Part shown: positions 1 through 11,100 of the stretch, piece after piece
Position numbering within the stretch: position 1 is the first letter of the stretch
Layout of the letters: every line of letters starts with the position of its first letter
DNA from: Carpediemonas membranifera BICM
Taxonomy: Eukaryota > Protista > Fornicata
NCBI GenBank assembly: GCA_019828565.1
Contig: JAHDYR010000038.1
Location: forward strand, 450,735-514,734
Reading direction: 5' to 3'
DNA: 64,000 nt
The notes under the pieces: model-generated
Seen by the model: only the letters and a program-made list of their open reading frames with translations
What the model was told of the DNA's origin: nothing
Databases searched by the model: none
Position numbers and translations under genes: made by a program

Positions 1-435
1 GTGGGCATTAACACTGGTTCAAGCTCAGTAGATGTCCTAACAGACGATGACGAGTCCCTTTTGGACAAACTATTGGCCTTTTTCCTCGATGAGGTGCTCA
101 CCAGAGTCATCAAGTACACAGTATGGGCATTCTTCCTCGCAGCGCTCATCTGTACCGTCTTTATGTTCGCGGTGCTGGGTCTATTTGTGATCATCATCAT
201 TTTTGAAAGAATCGGCGCCTGTGCGTTTTCTACATCCGCGAGACAGCCTTCAGAAGCCCCATCAGTCCCCGTGCCCGTCCCCGCTGTCAAGAGTCTCGAG
301 CCTGCCGCTGCTGTGCACAGACGTGTGAAGGATGCCTCCCGCCACAACCCCAAGCCCGTCCAAACGGGGGTCCCCCCAGTGGAGCAGGCTCGCCCTGATC
401 TCGAAGCAAACCCATTTGTGATTGCCTGGCAGTAA
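1..435 (+). CDS. Hypothetical membrane protein, probably 5'-partial
   Basis: Frame is open from the window edge. Long hydrophobic stretch (YTVWAFFLAALICTVFMFAVLGLFVIIIIF) followed by a Pro-rich tail. No family recognised. Confidence 0.45.
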   Translation: MGINTGSSSVDVLTDDDESLLDKLLAFFLDEVLTRVIKYTVWAFFLAALICTVFMFAVLGLFVIIIIFERIGACAFSTSARQPSEAPSVPVPVPAVKSLEPAAAVHRRVKDASRHNPKPVQTGVPPVEQARPDLEANPFVIAWQ

Positions 436-603
436 GGCAAAGGTCTGGTACACCATACAGGCTTCTCTCTTTTCGTTGTCATGCAGGTTCCATGATGTTT
501 GGCATGAACAGCAATTCGCAGAAATTTTGTCTTTAAATTCGAGCACGCCCATTGTTGGCTCTGTCTGGCGTCTACATGAGGTCGATTGGGCGATATGACG
601 CCC

Positions 604-628
604 TGTTGCGCAGTATAAACACATTGTT
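604..628 (+). repeat. Direct repeat copy 1, TGTTGCGCAGTATAAACACATTGTT
   Basis: Identical to 1586-1610. Begins 56 nt downstream of the Fanzor-like stop codon on the minus strand. Confidence 0.95.
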
Positions 629-683
629 CGAACCTCCCAGACAGGGCCTGAAAGGAACGATCAAAGTGCCAAACTGCAAAACA

Positions 684-1409
684 TCATCCGTCCGTAGACG
701 AATGTTGGCGGTTAGCCAATTGATGATACTGGAATGATGTTGGAAGGCGCGGGATCGAGGTGCGACTGAACGGAGAGCCACTGAGCTCATCTTCCGTGGC
801 AAGAGAACGCCACAGGATGTTCTCTGCAGCACTCTTGTCCCGATGATCAACATTCAGAGCATCAGGAACTGTTGCGCGCCACTGAGCACCACGGCACTGT
901 GGATTTTCGCAGAGCATCACACGATGTGGGTGAACGTGCTGGTCATCACGCGGACGAACTCGCTTGTAGGGGGCGTGGCAGTGAGGGCAGACGACGGTGG
1001 TGCGGTCCTCGTTAACCATGTTAAGATCGACGACAATGTTATACCTCTTGAGAAGGGGTACTATCTCTCTCGCGAACTTTCGATATGGCGCGCAAGGAAT
1101 GAACATACCAGTAGGCGTGGTGAATCCCGAGCTCCCGTAGAAGACTTTCAGGCGAATGGGGGTGGCGACGGGATGGTGGCGACCGAACTCCCGAGCCAAC
1201 TGTTGGCCGCAGCGGGCGAAGTGCTGGAAGAAGGCCGGAGAGCCAACACCTGCGAGAGCCTCTTCGAGTCGGGCGAGGCTGCCCTGTAGCCTGTCACGGT
1301 ACGTCTTCACCGTGCGGGCGAGCCACAGCTTCACAGAGTTGGCGTATCGGGTGAACCACGCCGGAGACTGGGACTCACTCCATACGACGATACGATGAGC
1401 CATGAGCAT
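684..1409 (-). CDS. Fanzor/TnpB-family RNA-guided nuclease, C-terminal RuvC + zinc finger part (N-terminally truncated, possibly a pseudogene)
   Basis: Motifs in TnpB/Fanzor order: KVFYG..GF......AP..KF; VNEDRTTVVCPHC (E134, Fanzor-type relocated RuvC-II Glu, then CxxC); LCENPQC; HRDKSAAENIL (RuvC-III D191). The same frame continues upstream past a TAG (1434-1436) to SVFFVDVS (Asp codon 1500-1502), a plausible RuvC-I strand. Confidence 0.8.
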   Translation of the reverse strand: MLMAHRIVVWSESQSPAWFTRYANSVKLWLARTVKTYRDRLQGSLARLEEALAGVGSPAFFQHFARCGQQLAREFGRHHPVATPIRLKVFYGSSGFTTPTGMFIPCAPYRKFAREIVPLLKRYNIVVDLNMVNEDRTTVVCPHCHAPYKRVRPRDDQHVHPHRVMLCENPQCRGAQWRATVPDALNVDHRDKSAAENILWRSLATEDELSGSPFSRTSIPRLPTSFQYHQLANRQHSSTDG

Positions 1410-1585
1410 GCGATGATGAACACCATTACAAGCCTATACAAGTGTAGAAGTGAATTTAATGTGGAATAGAAGACAAGTGATGTTTGCAGCTGTGCTGACG
1501 TCCACGAAGAAGACGCTTTGTGGAAGCCCTGGAGAAGACGATCTCCCTACCGACTTAAGACGTGAGTAGGAGGGAGACAGGGCAG

Positions 1586-1610
1586 TGTTGCGCAGTATAA
1601 ACACATTGTT
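1586..1610 (+). repeat. Direct repeat copy 2, containing TATAAA, in the spacer between the Fanzor-like gene and the 982-aa gene
   Basis: Identical to 604-628. TATAAA lies about 85-90 nt upstream of ATG 1683. Confidence 0.95.
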
Positions 1611-1682
1611 TGACCCTTCAATAGCACACGCCCATGTGCCGTAACCTGCGCGACAATTTGGCAGCCTTGCTACAAGGACGCC

Positions 1683-4631
1683 ATGTCTGATATCCAGAAG
1701 CTATTCCGATCATTTGCGGAAAGACATCAGAACTTCACTGTATTTCCATTAGAAAACGATAGCATCGCACAGCTATGTGGTTTTGTCTCCATGAGCGCAG
1801 AGGAGCTCGAAGGGCTCTTTTCAGAGACTGCCACTGAAGTTAAGCCTATCATTCGCACTTTGCGGCAGATATACGGGGCGATGAAGGCCAGCTTCAACGG
1901 ACAGATGGAGTACTACAAGGAGCGCGTCGAGGAGGCCGAGGATCGCGCCCACGAGATCGCCAGCGACATGAGCGAGCTCGAGATCCAGCTCATGCTCGCC
2001 AAGGAAGATGCTCGCTCCCTTGCTGTCGAGCTAGACGCCGAGCAGGCCGGCCGGCAGCTCCGGGAGGTCCAGACCGAGATGACGGGCCGGAAGAAGTGGG
2101 ACAAGGAGCGCGAGAGCCTCCTCCGGCAGGTATCCGTACTCGAGATCAGTCTAGACGAGGAGCGGCGCAAGAACAAGGACATGATGGTCCGCCTGGGCAA
2201 CATGGTAGAGCGGGAGACAATTACCCGAGTCCAGCAGCAGCAGATGGAGACGGAGCGGGTCCAGATGAAGGCAGAGGAAATCAGACTCAAGCGGGAGCTC
2301 GAGCTCGCGGACCAACCCGCGCCCACGACCTTTGGGATTGTCACACCACGACGCAAGTCCATCAGGGGGTCGCCTCGCGGTACTCACAGCCGAAGCTCGT
2401 CACAGGACCTCGGGTTGACCCTCAACCTTCCCCTGAGCCACCGCAGTTCGGGCAGCTTCTCTGCCCTGCCAGCCGGCCCCCTTGCCGAGATCACGGAGGA
2501 GGCGAGCCACACCCACACCGACCTCACAGTCCATTCAGAGTCTAGCGAAAGCAGCTCGGACTCGGACTCAGACTCCAGTTCCTCGTCGAGCTCCTCTTCA
2601 AGCTCGACCCACAGTGCGTTCGACGAGAGGGCGCTCGTAGAGGACGACGGAAGGATGTTCGAGCTGAGAATTAACCTCAACGCCCCAGACTCGCCAAGTG
2701 CCCCTAAGATAGAGACCACACAGCCCGGTGAGCTGACTAAGCGAGCCTTTTCCGACCAGTACAGGTCTGATTCCCTCATGAACCTGGATGCTGCAGGGTC
2801 GACCGGGTCTGGCATCTCCATGCGCACCCAGCTCGCGGGCTTCTCTTCTCCAGTCACCAGTAGTCGGCGGAGGAGCAATGCATCTGACGTGAGCGTCTTA
2901 GAGACCATTGAGAGCGAGGACGAGGACGACATGACCGAGACGGTCGACACAGTCACCGTAGACTCTGACGCGGCCCTCACTGACCGCCAGGCGAGGCCAG
3001 ACACTGTAGATGTACGGCCCAGTACGCGTAAGAGGGGCGGGCGGGCCAAGACGCCTCGTACTGCCCGCGGGAGTCAGAAGAGTCAGTCCGAACTCGGGAC
3101 AGCGAGATCCCTGCGAAGCACGGGCGACCTGGTCGAAACCAAGCCCAAGCCGCCCAAGCTTCCTGCCGTAGCGAAGGCGACTGGGCTCCCGGCCGACGCA
3201 GCCATTCTACAGCCTATCCTCTACCTCACAAAGCTGCCTAAGACTGCCATCCACGACGTCCGCGAGATCTGCGGCTTTATCGACGGCGTTTACATCAAGC
3301 TGCTCGCGGAGATGGAGACGCGGGTGTCGTCGCACAGCTTGGTCACCACCATGGGTGGGATCTGCCCAAGCCCAGACGTCGGCGTGCCCCTGCCCGCCGT
3401 CACCTTTGCTGAGTTTGTATACGCTCTTCTGTTCAAGAATACTGGCGCCAAACAGGCCTGCGACAAGGAGCTCGCGCATCTTTTGATTAGTCTCTCCAAG
3501 GTCAAGACGAGTAAGGCGGTACAGGCCACGCCATGTGTCCTGGAACAGCTCGAGACCTTCACATCTTTCCTCACTGCAGCGCCAGGCTTCGGTCACCTCG
3601 CCATCACTGTCCAATGCAACGCCATCGCCGTTGCCTTGTTCTCCACCGTTGGAATGATCAAGGACATGCCCGCAGCCTTCTTCCACCAGGGCTCCGGCGC
3701 GCTAGATATGCCCGTGTGCTCGTTGAACCTCATCCGGGCCCGCCATGTGGTCGACTCAGTGTTCATCCACGTCGCCACGGCTGAGGTGGTGATGGAGCTG
3801 CTGATGCCTCAATTCGTTGATTCAGGCGCGGGTTCGAGTCCGATGGACACGTTTATTCCGCTGGCGACGGTCTTGGCACAGATTCACAAAGGGGTGGCCA
3901 CCCTCCTCGCTAAAAATGGCGCAAACTTCCGCAAGAAGCTGGCTGAAGCCACAACAAAGCACCACAAGGAGCTTAGCCGCCTAGCGAAAGCGAAAGGCCG
4001 CAAACCGCCCGCGAAGACGGCCCTGAAGGGAGTCCACTACACCCCCCTGCTCCTGACCCTGCAAAGCATCGACCACCGCGTCCATCCGCTCAGGGTTCTC
4101 GACGGCTACATCCGGGCCTGCATGAGCGCTGGGTCAGCGACGGTGGCGGCGACGGCGGTTGAGGCGGTGCTCGATGCCGAGCCGTTCCAGCTGTTTAGGC
4201 CTAAGATAGTGATGCCTTGGGCACCCAGGCCTGATAAGAACACGCAGGAGGTGTTTAGAGCCCATTTCCCCGAGATAGCGGCGCATGCCCAGCGTGTGAT
4301 CGACCTCCTCGAGCAGCCGACGGAGCAGCCCGACGTGACGCTCAAGGGGACGCTCTACACGGAGCTCGAGTCCGGCGGGAAGCTCCGATTCGCACCAATG
4401 GCACCATATCGCGCCTCAGTGAGAGAAACCCTCCAGGGCGTTGTCGCCGAGCTCGAAGACAGTCTGACCGACCCAGACGGGAGGCGGGCGGCCGGTTTGT
4501 TCAGACAGCTGGCAGGGCTCGTGGTCCATGCGTGGAACTGCGTTTCTCGGTGGACTGACGGTATGCAGTCGTGCCCGGCCGAGAAGGAGGTGATCGCCAC
4601 CATTGCTATGCTGGACTCCATATCGAGCTGA
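1683..4631 (+). CDS. Hypothetical 982-aa protein: N-terminal coiled coil, Ser-rich disordered centre, helical C-terminal domain
   Basis: Long uninterrupted ORF with an E/R/K-rich heptad region and a poly-Ser tract. Confidence 0.8.
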   Translation: MSDIQKLFRSFAERHQNFTVFPLENDSIAQLCGFVSMSAEELEGLFSETATEVKPIIRTLRQIYGAMKASFNGQMEYYKERVEEAEDRAHEIASDMSELEIQLMLAKEDARSLAVELDAEQAGRQLREVQTEMTGRKKWDKERESLLRQVSVLEISLDEERRKNKDMMVRLGNMVERETITRVQQQQMETERVQMKAEEIRLKRELELADQPAPTTFGIVTPRRKSIRGSPRGTHSRSSSQDLGLTLNLPLSHRSSGSFSALPAGPLAEITEEASHTHTDLTVHSESSESSSDSDSDSSSSSSSSSSSTHSAFDERALVEDDGRMFELRINLNAPDSPSAPKIETTQPGELTKRAFSDQYRSDSLMNLDAAGSTGSGISMRTQLAGFSSPVTSSRRRSNASDVSVLETIESEDEDDMTETVDTVTVDSDAALTDRQARPDTVDVRPSTRKRGGRAKTPRTARGSQKSQSELGTARSLRSTGDLVETKPKPPKLPAVAKATGLPADAAILQPILYLTKLPKTAIHDVREICGFIDGVYIKLLAEMETRVSSHSLVTTMGGICPSPDVGVPLPAVTFAEFVYALLFKNTGAKQACDKELAHLLISLSKVKTSKAVQATPCVLEQLETFTSFLTAAPGFGHLAITVQCNAIAVALFSTVGMIKDMPAAFFHQGSGALDMPVCSLNLIRARHVVDSVFIHVATAEVVMELLMPQFVDSGAGSSPMDTFIPLATVLAQIHKGVATLLAKNGANFRKKLAEATTKHHKELSRLAKAKGRKPPAKTALKGVHYTPLLLTLQSIDHRVHPLRVLDGYIRACMSAGSATVAATAVEAVLDAEPFQLFRPKIVMPWAPRPDKNTQEVFRAHFPEIAAHAQRVIDLLEQPTEQPDVTLKGTLYTELESGGKLRFAPMAPYRASVRETLQGVVAELEDSLTDPDGRRAAGLFRQLAGLVVHAWNCVSRWTDGMQSCPAEKEVIATIAMLDSISS

Positions 4632-5156
4632 AGAGGGATGGAGCGGTGACTGTGTTGGGTCGGGTTCAGGGCTGTCTGGCTGTATAATAACAATATTAAT
4701 AGAGAGAGGTCATGAGGCTGGCATGTGGTCAGGGTGTGTAAACGGGTGCCATGGTTGAACTAGGCGTGGCCTTGTTAACTGGTTGGTCGCAGATTCGCCA
4801 ATGCTAAAGTTCTTCTGCTCAGCGAGCTTGACTCATGGTGAGGACGACGACGAGGTGCTGGGGCAAGCGAGCGTTCCAGTGCCGCCACAGTCGGCCCAGG
4901 GGCTGGATTGAGTGAGTCGCTCAGCGCGCTGTACCATATTTTTTATCCATCCAACTTCAACAATTTACCGTGTTTATTTTTTTAAAAAATTTTTTTTCAA
5001 GAATCACCGCCGTGATTTTCAAGATAAAGGTCGGCGATAAAGACACCTTTTGGAGGCTTGGGTAGGCATGCTCAAGCTACCCATACCATGTTTATGGTAC
5101 ACATTCTGGCGGCAATGATGTCGTCAGACTGACCCAACGAGCTTTCCAACAAAAAG

Positions 5157-8100
5157 ATGATCTCCCGCATGGCGATGGCAGAATCCTCCAAAGAGGAGGA
5201 GCAGCGCTCGTCGATTATGCCGAGGGATCAGCTTGATCACGAACGATCGTTCGCCGATCTTGTAGAGGACATCTTCTCCCATGTACTGGCACCAGAGGAG
5301 TTAGAGCTTGAGCTACCGCGTCTTACACGATTCCTCACATATGAAACCGACTGGCTGAAGACAAATCCCTCGGGGAACTCCATAGCGTCCCTCTTCGATC
5401 CCAATTCTATTGATACCATCGTCCGTGGGTTTTCTCAGGCCGCTGGCGTCACCGCGCTCGTTCGAGACATCAACGGCCGAGAAGTGACCACATGCGGGTG
5501 GAACTCCGAGATTTGTCAGCGCCTCTTTCTCGACCACGAAGAAGGGCGTCAGGCATGTCGAAGCAGCAATCCACGCTTCGGATCCATGGCGACCGACCGA
5601 TACATAGTCGGCCCCTGCCACTGCGGGTTCATGTCCGAGGGCGCATCCGTGATTCACCTTGACAACGTCCCCGTCGCCACATTTGTCGTCGGTGGCGTTA
5701 CCACGCTCCCCCACCGATCCAGCCAGACCCTCAAAGAGATGGTCAGAGCCGCAGCAGACGCAGCCGGGGTCGACATGGAGGACGCTGTGACGATGTTCGG
5801 TCGCACCAGGCACATGCCCCCTGATGATCTCGACCGCGTCTGTCAGAGCGGGCTCAAGCTTTGCCAGTTCTTGTCTCAGCAGATCAGTATCAACAATGAG
5901 GCTAGGAACGAGGCCCGTGCTGTAGCCATACACGAGCAGGCCCAGCAGCTGCTCCACGTGCGCGGCAAGCAGGGCTGGGTCGAGAGGTTTCACTCAACCT
6001 TCTTCGACCCCAACAAGACGACGAAGCCGTGGAACGCACCTGTCACGTCAGTGCTCTTCTTTCACAGCTTCATGATGCCTGTGCTCGCAGGGATGGTGGT
6101 GGCAGGGGCGAAGAGCGACCTGTGGCGCCCCATTCTCGACTGGTTCAGCCTGCTCGTCGTCCCAGCGAACACTGACCTCGTCAAGTTCTACTACACCCCT
6201 TTTATCTCGTGGGCTTTCCTCTTGTTCTTTGTCATCGTCCCTTTCATGGTGACATATCCTGCATCGCGTCACGGATATGACCGGATCTCGAATATCGGCC
6301 GCACGATCCTCCGGCTCGGATCTCTGTGCCACATTTACGTGTTACTTGTCCCTATGTATTGTTCTATGGGCTATTATCTCTTCCTCCCCCCAGTGTACAC
6401 CATGATCGCCGCGAACATGACGACGGCTCTCAACATCGTGCTCTTGGTCGTTCTCAGTGTGACGTTCATTGCAGTAGGGACAGCGTTCAACATCGTACAG
6501 TCATCAGCTGTCGCATCGCCTCCTCTCTGGTTCTCACTCTACCGCTCCAAGTGGCCCAGCCTCTCCGTGGGAACGATGGTCACCCAGCTCCTATCCGGGG
6601 CAGCGGTCAGCCTCGCCTCGATTCGCCTTCATGTCTTCCAAAGCGATGAGAAGCTGACGTATCTATTGTACAACGCTCTCGTGGGCGTCCTCGGCTGCGT
6701 TGTCAGCACCTTCCTCATGATCAACGCGATTTACTCAATGCCCGTTAGCACCGCCGGGTCGACTGTCACCGTGGCTGCCATGGCGTCGTCCATTGTCGCG
6801 TGCTTTGACATTGCCATCTTGTCCATCGCTCGCATGCCGCTCGCCGGCGAGCAGTCCGACACGTTCGCCCACATCGCGGTGGCGTTCGGGGCTACCAGTG
6901 CGCTGCTCGTGCCGCTAGTAACCCTTGGCTCTATCATACGCCTTCGATACTGCGAGCAGCTCGTCTTTTCTGTCATTCTCGGCGAAAACAGGGTGAGTAC
7001 GAAGCCACTTGACGTACTGCGCACGGTCATCTTCCACCCAAGGCAGAGAAAGGCCATCCTGCGAGAGCTAGCGTCAAGAAAGCCCGAACCAATTGCCAAA
7101 CCAGACCTGGGTTATCTCTCCGCGGTCACAATCGAGCTCGGGACGCGCCCGATCCGTGAATATGACAAAACAAGCAACAAGCACTACAGTAGCAACACTG
7201 CCGAACGTGCATCGATGGCCCGGCTGGCGACAGACCTACTCAGCCGCACGTGCGAGACCTACTCGAAGGACACCACACTACCCCTCAAGATGGCGATGAT
7301 CAAGCTCGCCCTCGACTCCCCCGACACGATTGACGGTGGGAAGAAGCTGTGGGCCGAAGTGAAGGACAACTACTTCTCAGAGATGACCCCGACGAACCGG
7401 ATGGTTGTAGTGGGTATGGAGCGGTTTATCGAGCACATGACGTTCATCCACGCGTTCGACGGTGAGGACAAGGCGTCGGCCTACCTTAGCACACAGAAGA
7501 TGCTGGCAGACGCACGGGAGCAGCACCTCCGGACCCTCGTACGAATGAGCAAGCTGTGGCCGCTGCTGATCGCCACGCAGCTCAACATCTCCGCGTTTGC
7601 CACACTTGTCAAGCAGGCGGGCGATAGCGCATTCCGGGCGGGCCGACTCTACCGCCGCCTCCACCGCAAGTACCCGCGTGACGAGCTTGTCCGGGAGTGG
7701 TACTGTTTGTTCCTCGACTCCGTCATGCAAGACCACACCGCCGCGCAGAGGATCAGAGCGAACTCGGTTGGATCAGACGCCTCGACGGTTGCTGCGTCCA
7801 GTGTCCCAGATTCAGTCTCGTCGGTCGGGTCTGGGTTTGGACCGCAAAGCACTTCAGGCCGGGCCACCGCTCCGATCAGCGTTATGGCCATCTCGGTCGT
7901 CTCCTCGGTGCTCATCATTGTGCTCCAGCTTGCAATCGGAGGCATCCTTCAGGGCATCACGTACTTGCACGAGTACGAAATCACCACGATTGCGGAGCTT
8001 CACGACGCTTCCCTCGCCATTCAGTGGGGCACGATCGGCGCGACATCCTGTTCCATGGAGGACTCCTCTGCGTACTTCCCTGCAGGTTGGGACGACACAG

Positions 8101-11100
8101 CCAGGACGCTGACTTGGGCGTCAACCCTGATCGAGGACTCGGGCAGTCGACTCAAGGCAGTCGAGTCTATCTTTGGCCGTCTGGACAACCTGGTCGTCCA
8201 TGGACAGGATGCCACCCCAGTGCGTCTGAAGGTGTCATCCTCGTCACTTAGCACACTCACCAGTGCGGTCAAGGACGCGATAGACGATGTACTTTCCGCC
8301 TCTGGCGATGCAACGTCCAGTGAGGCCTCGCTGAAAAGCCTCGTGTACAACGGCGGCCGTATAGCCCTACCAGTCTTTAAGACGGTGCTGACCACGATCA
8401 GCGCGTATCTGCGGTTGAGTCTCGCGTGGACGCTGCTTCTATTCGTACTCCTCATCGCCATCGAAGTCGCCGCTCTGACGACGCTTTCCTTCTGGCTCAG
8501 CACACGCGTGTTTCCCTCTGTGATCCGCAGCAGCAGCCGGGTGATGGGTCGTTGTGTGAATGCATCGGAGATGCAGGTTCGCCGCAAGATACGTCTGACA
8601 CTCATTGCTAGAGAGCGGTTCAAGGACATCAACCTGGCAGAAGATGACGATTTTGTCCGCCACGCAGGCTTGATCGCCTCAGCAACTGAGCAAAACGGTC
8701 TCGGGCTCGACTCAGCCGACTCGGGCGAGGAGTCGCCTGACATCGTCGACGACTCGCCCCGCGAACATGAAGCAGGGGCAGACAGCGATCCCACCCTCCT
8801 CGACAGCCCCACCACGCGTCGCGTCGCATTCGCTGCGCAGGATGAGATCGTGCTAGATAGCCCGCCGCTTGACCCTGGGTCGAGCAGCTCGGACAAGCTC
8901 TCGTCTGATCGCCTAGATATGTACGACTCGGCAGCGGAGTCAGACTCGCCCGCTGTCAGTGACATTAGCAGTCTTGACGCGTTCATTCAAGCGGTCGGGT
9001 CGGATCTTGGGACAGATTCGATCGAATATCCTGACTCGCCCCCAGTCAGCGCAGAGAAGCTCAAAATCATGACACAGCAGAGGCAGCGGTCGAGATTGTG
9101 TCGAATCAAGCTGAGTGTGAGACGCATGTCAATGTTCGCCAGATCTTTCGACTTCCACGCCGTTCGACTCGTGCTAGCAGTCGGACTTTTCGTTGTATTC
9201 ATCATCTCCGAGATAGTTTTACTCGGTGCCAATGTGTCATTCCATTATGGTCCTGGCGGCGTGTGGGAAGAGAGAGAGAGGTACCTCGCCGTCGAGACGT
9301 ATCCACTGGTCCAGGACGAGGGGGTCATGGATTTCCATATCCCGCGATTCATCATGGGATCTGTAGATTCTTCTAGATATTTCCGTCAGTGCATCCTCGA
9401 TTCTGCTATGACCAGCGCCCTCGAGGCATACACCACCGCTCCCTCCATCGGCGGCGGCGACAGCATGGCGGCCTTGATTGAGAATATGATGGGGCGACGA
9501 ATGAATCATAAGGTAGCCGTGATCTTGGCTGCGTACGGATACGGTTTGACCGCAATGGACGTGCCAGAGTTCACCTGGGACTACAATGCGGAGACCAACA
9601 GTGCCAGCGACACGGAGACGTACGGCAGGACCCTCTGGTACAGCGACAAGGCCTCAGACCTCGCCCTCAACCGCACCCAGCAGCTGGCGATCGCCCAAGC
9701 GATCATTTACGACAGCAAGCTGACCGATGAGCTCAGATCTGGCACGGACGCCATCCTGACATTGGCAGACTCTGTCGCTGCGAAGCTGGACCCAATAGTT
9801 GCAGATTCATGGCAGATGGACCTTGTCACCTACGCTACCATGCCCGCGATACAACTCGCCCTTCTTGTAGCGGTCCTCATCGCACTCAACGCCTGCGTCC
9901 GCGAGCACCGGGTTAGTTCATATGTCAACGTCGCCCTCCTCCTTGCCGCCGCCATGATCGGCGCCCATCTGATCGTCCAGATCGGTCATGTCGTCCTTGT
10001 GGATGTAGTTTTTGATGCAAACAAAGTGATCAAGGAGACAACTAGCACGCGATACCACTTATCACACGTGATTGCGGGTGTGATGGCAGAGCTCTACGCC
10101 ACACAGCGAATGCTCGCCGTCCAGTCGCCCGCATCCATCGCGGACGCATACCAGGCTCAGAACACAGCTGCATCGGCGATCGCCCAGTTCGAGGAGCTGG
10201 GGTTGTCCGACACGCCGTCTCTTGGTCTGGTCGGCACCGCCGCGGCCATTCATCATGCTGCCGGTGTTGCCGCTTCCCTCGCTTTGTCTGTGATCGATCC
10301 GGACGATGGATCTTTCAGAGATGTCACGTGGAACATTGCGAGTGGTCGTACCAGAGATACGGGCAGATTCACCAACAATACATATGATATGACTCTATCC
10401 GACACTACAAAACTCGATATGGCGTGGAATCTGGTGCTATCCGACGGCATAGTTGCCTCCGACGTTTCCAAGATCCTTGCCTTCGGAGCTGAACTACACG
10501 AAGTCAAGCAGCGTTCAGCTGAGCGCACAATCAGGCTCGGCAAGACTGTCTTGGGCATGACGCAGCTCGGGTCGATCTTCGTATTCACGACCCCCATCTT
10601 GGCCGCGTCGATCGCTTTCATCTTGCCAGGTCTGGTGGTGTCGTTCACGGCGCATTCCTCTCTCAACCCGAGCAGCAAGGCGGCCACCGAGCTCTCGCGG
10701 CAGATCCGGCCCTTGTTCCAGGATTGCCTCACCGTCCTGGGTGTATTCGCCCTACTTGGAGCGCTCCCCTTTGCGCTCGTCATTGTTGGCAACGTCGCCA
10801 TCATCATCATGGACCGCAATCTTGCTTCCATCGCCCTTCTCGACTCAACTGCCCTTTCCGCAGCCGCTCGTGCCATGATCGCCCAAACAGGCCCCTCGTA
10901 CCACACAGCCCCGGTCACTGAGGCCATGGAGAGCCTCGCTGAGTCGCTGCCAAGTCTCTTTGCCAACAAGTACGCTAGTCCAATCACTTGGCTCGCTGCA
11001 CGAGAGGGGAACTTCTCTGACGTGCCTCGCCACTTCTCGCGGTATTTGTCAGACATACAGATGTTTTCCTCCATTGCCGAGGGCCACGACAACGTGACGT

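Larger units (their letters stand above)
604..1617 (-). mobile_element. Putative Fanzor-carrying element remnant bounded by 25-bp direct repeats
   Basis: A Fanzor/TnpB-like reading frame lies between two identical 25-mers (604-628, 1586-1610; extendable to 32 bp with 2 mismatches). No transposase or TIRs seen. Confidence 0.55.

Noticed and set aside
843-1398. Plus-strand ORFs over the Fanzor-like gene
   Set aside because: Antisense shadows with no motifs.
604-1610. Repeat pair as a CRISPR array or as LTRs
   Set aside because: Only two copies about 960 bp apart with a gene between them; too short for LTRs and no gag or pol.
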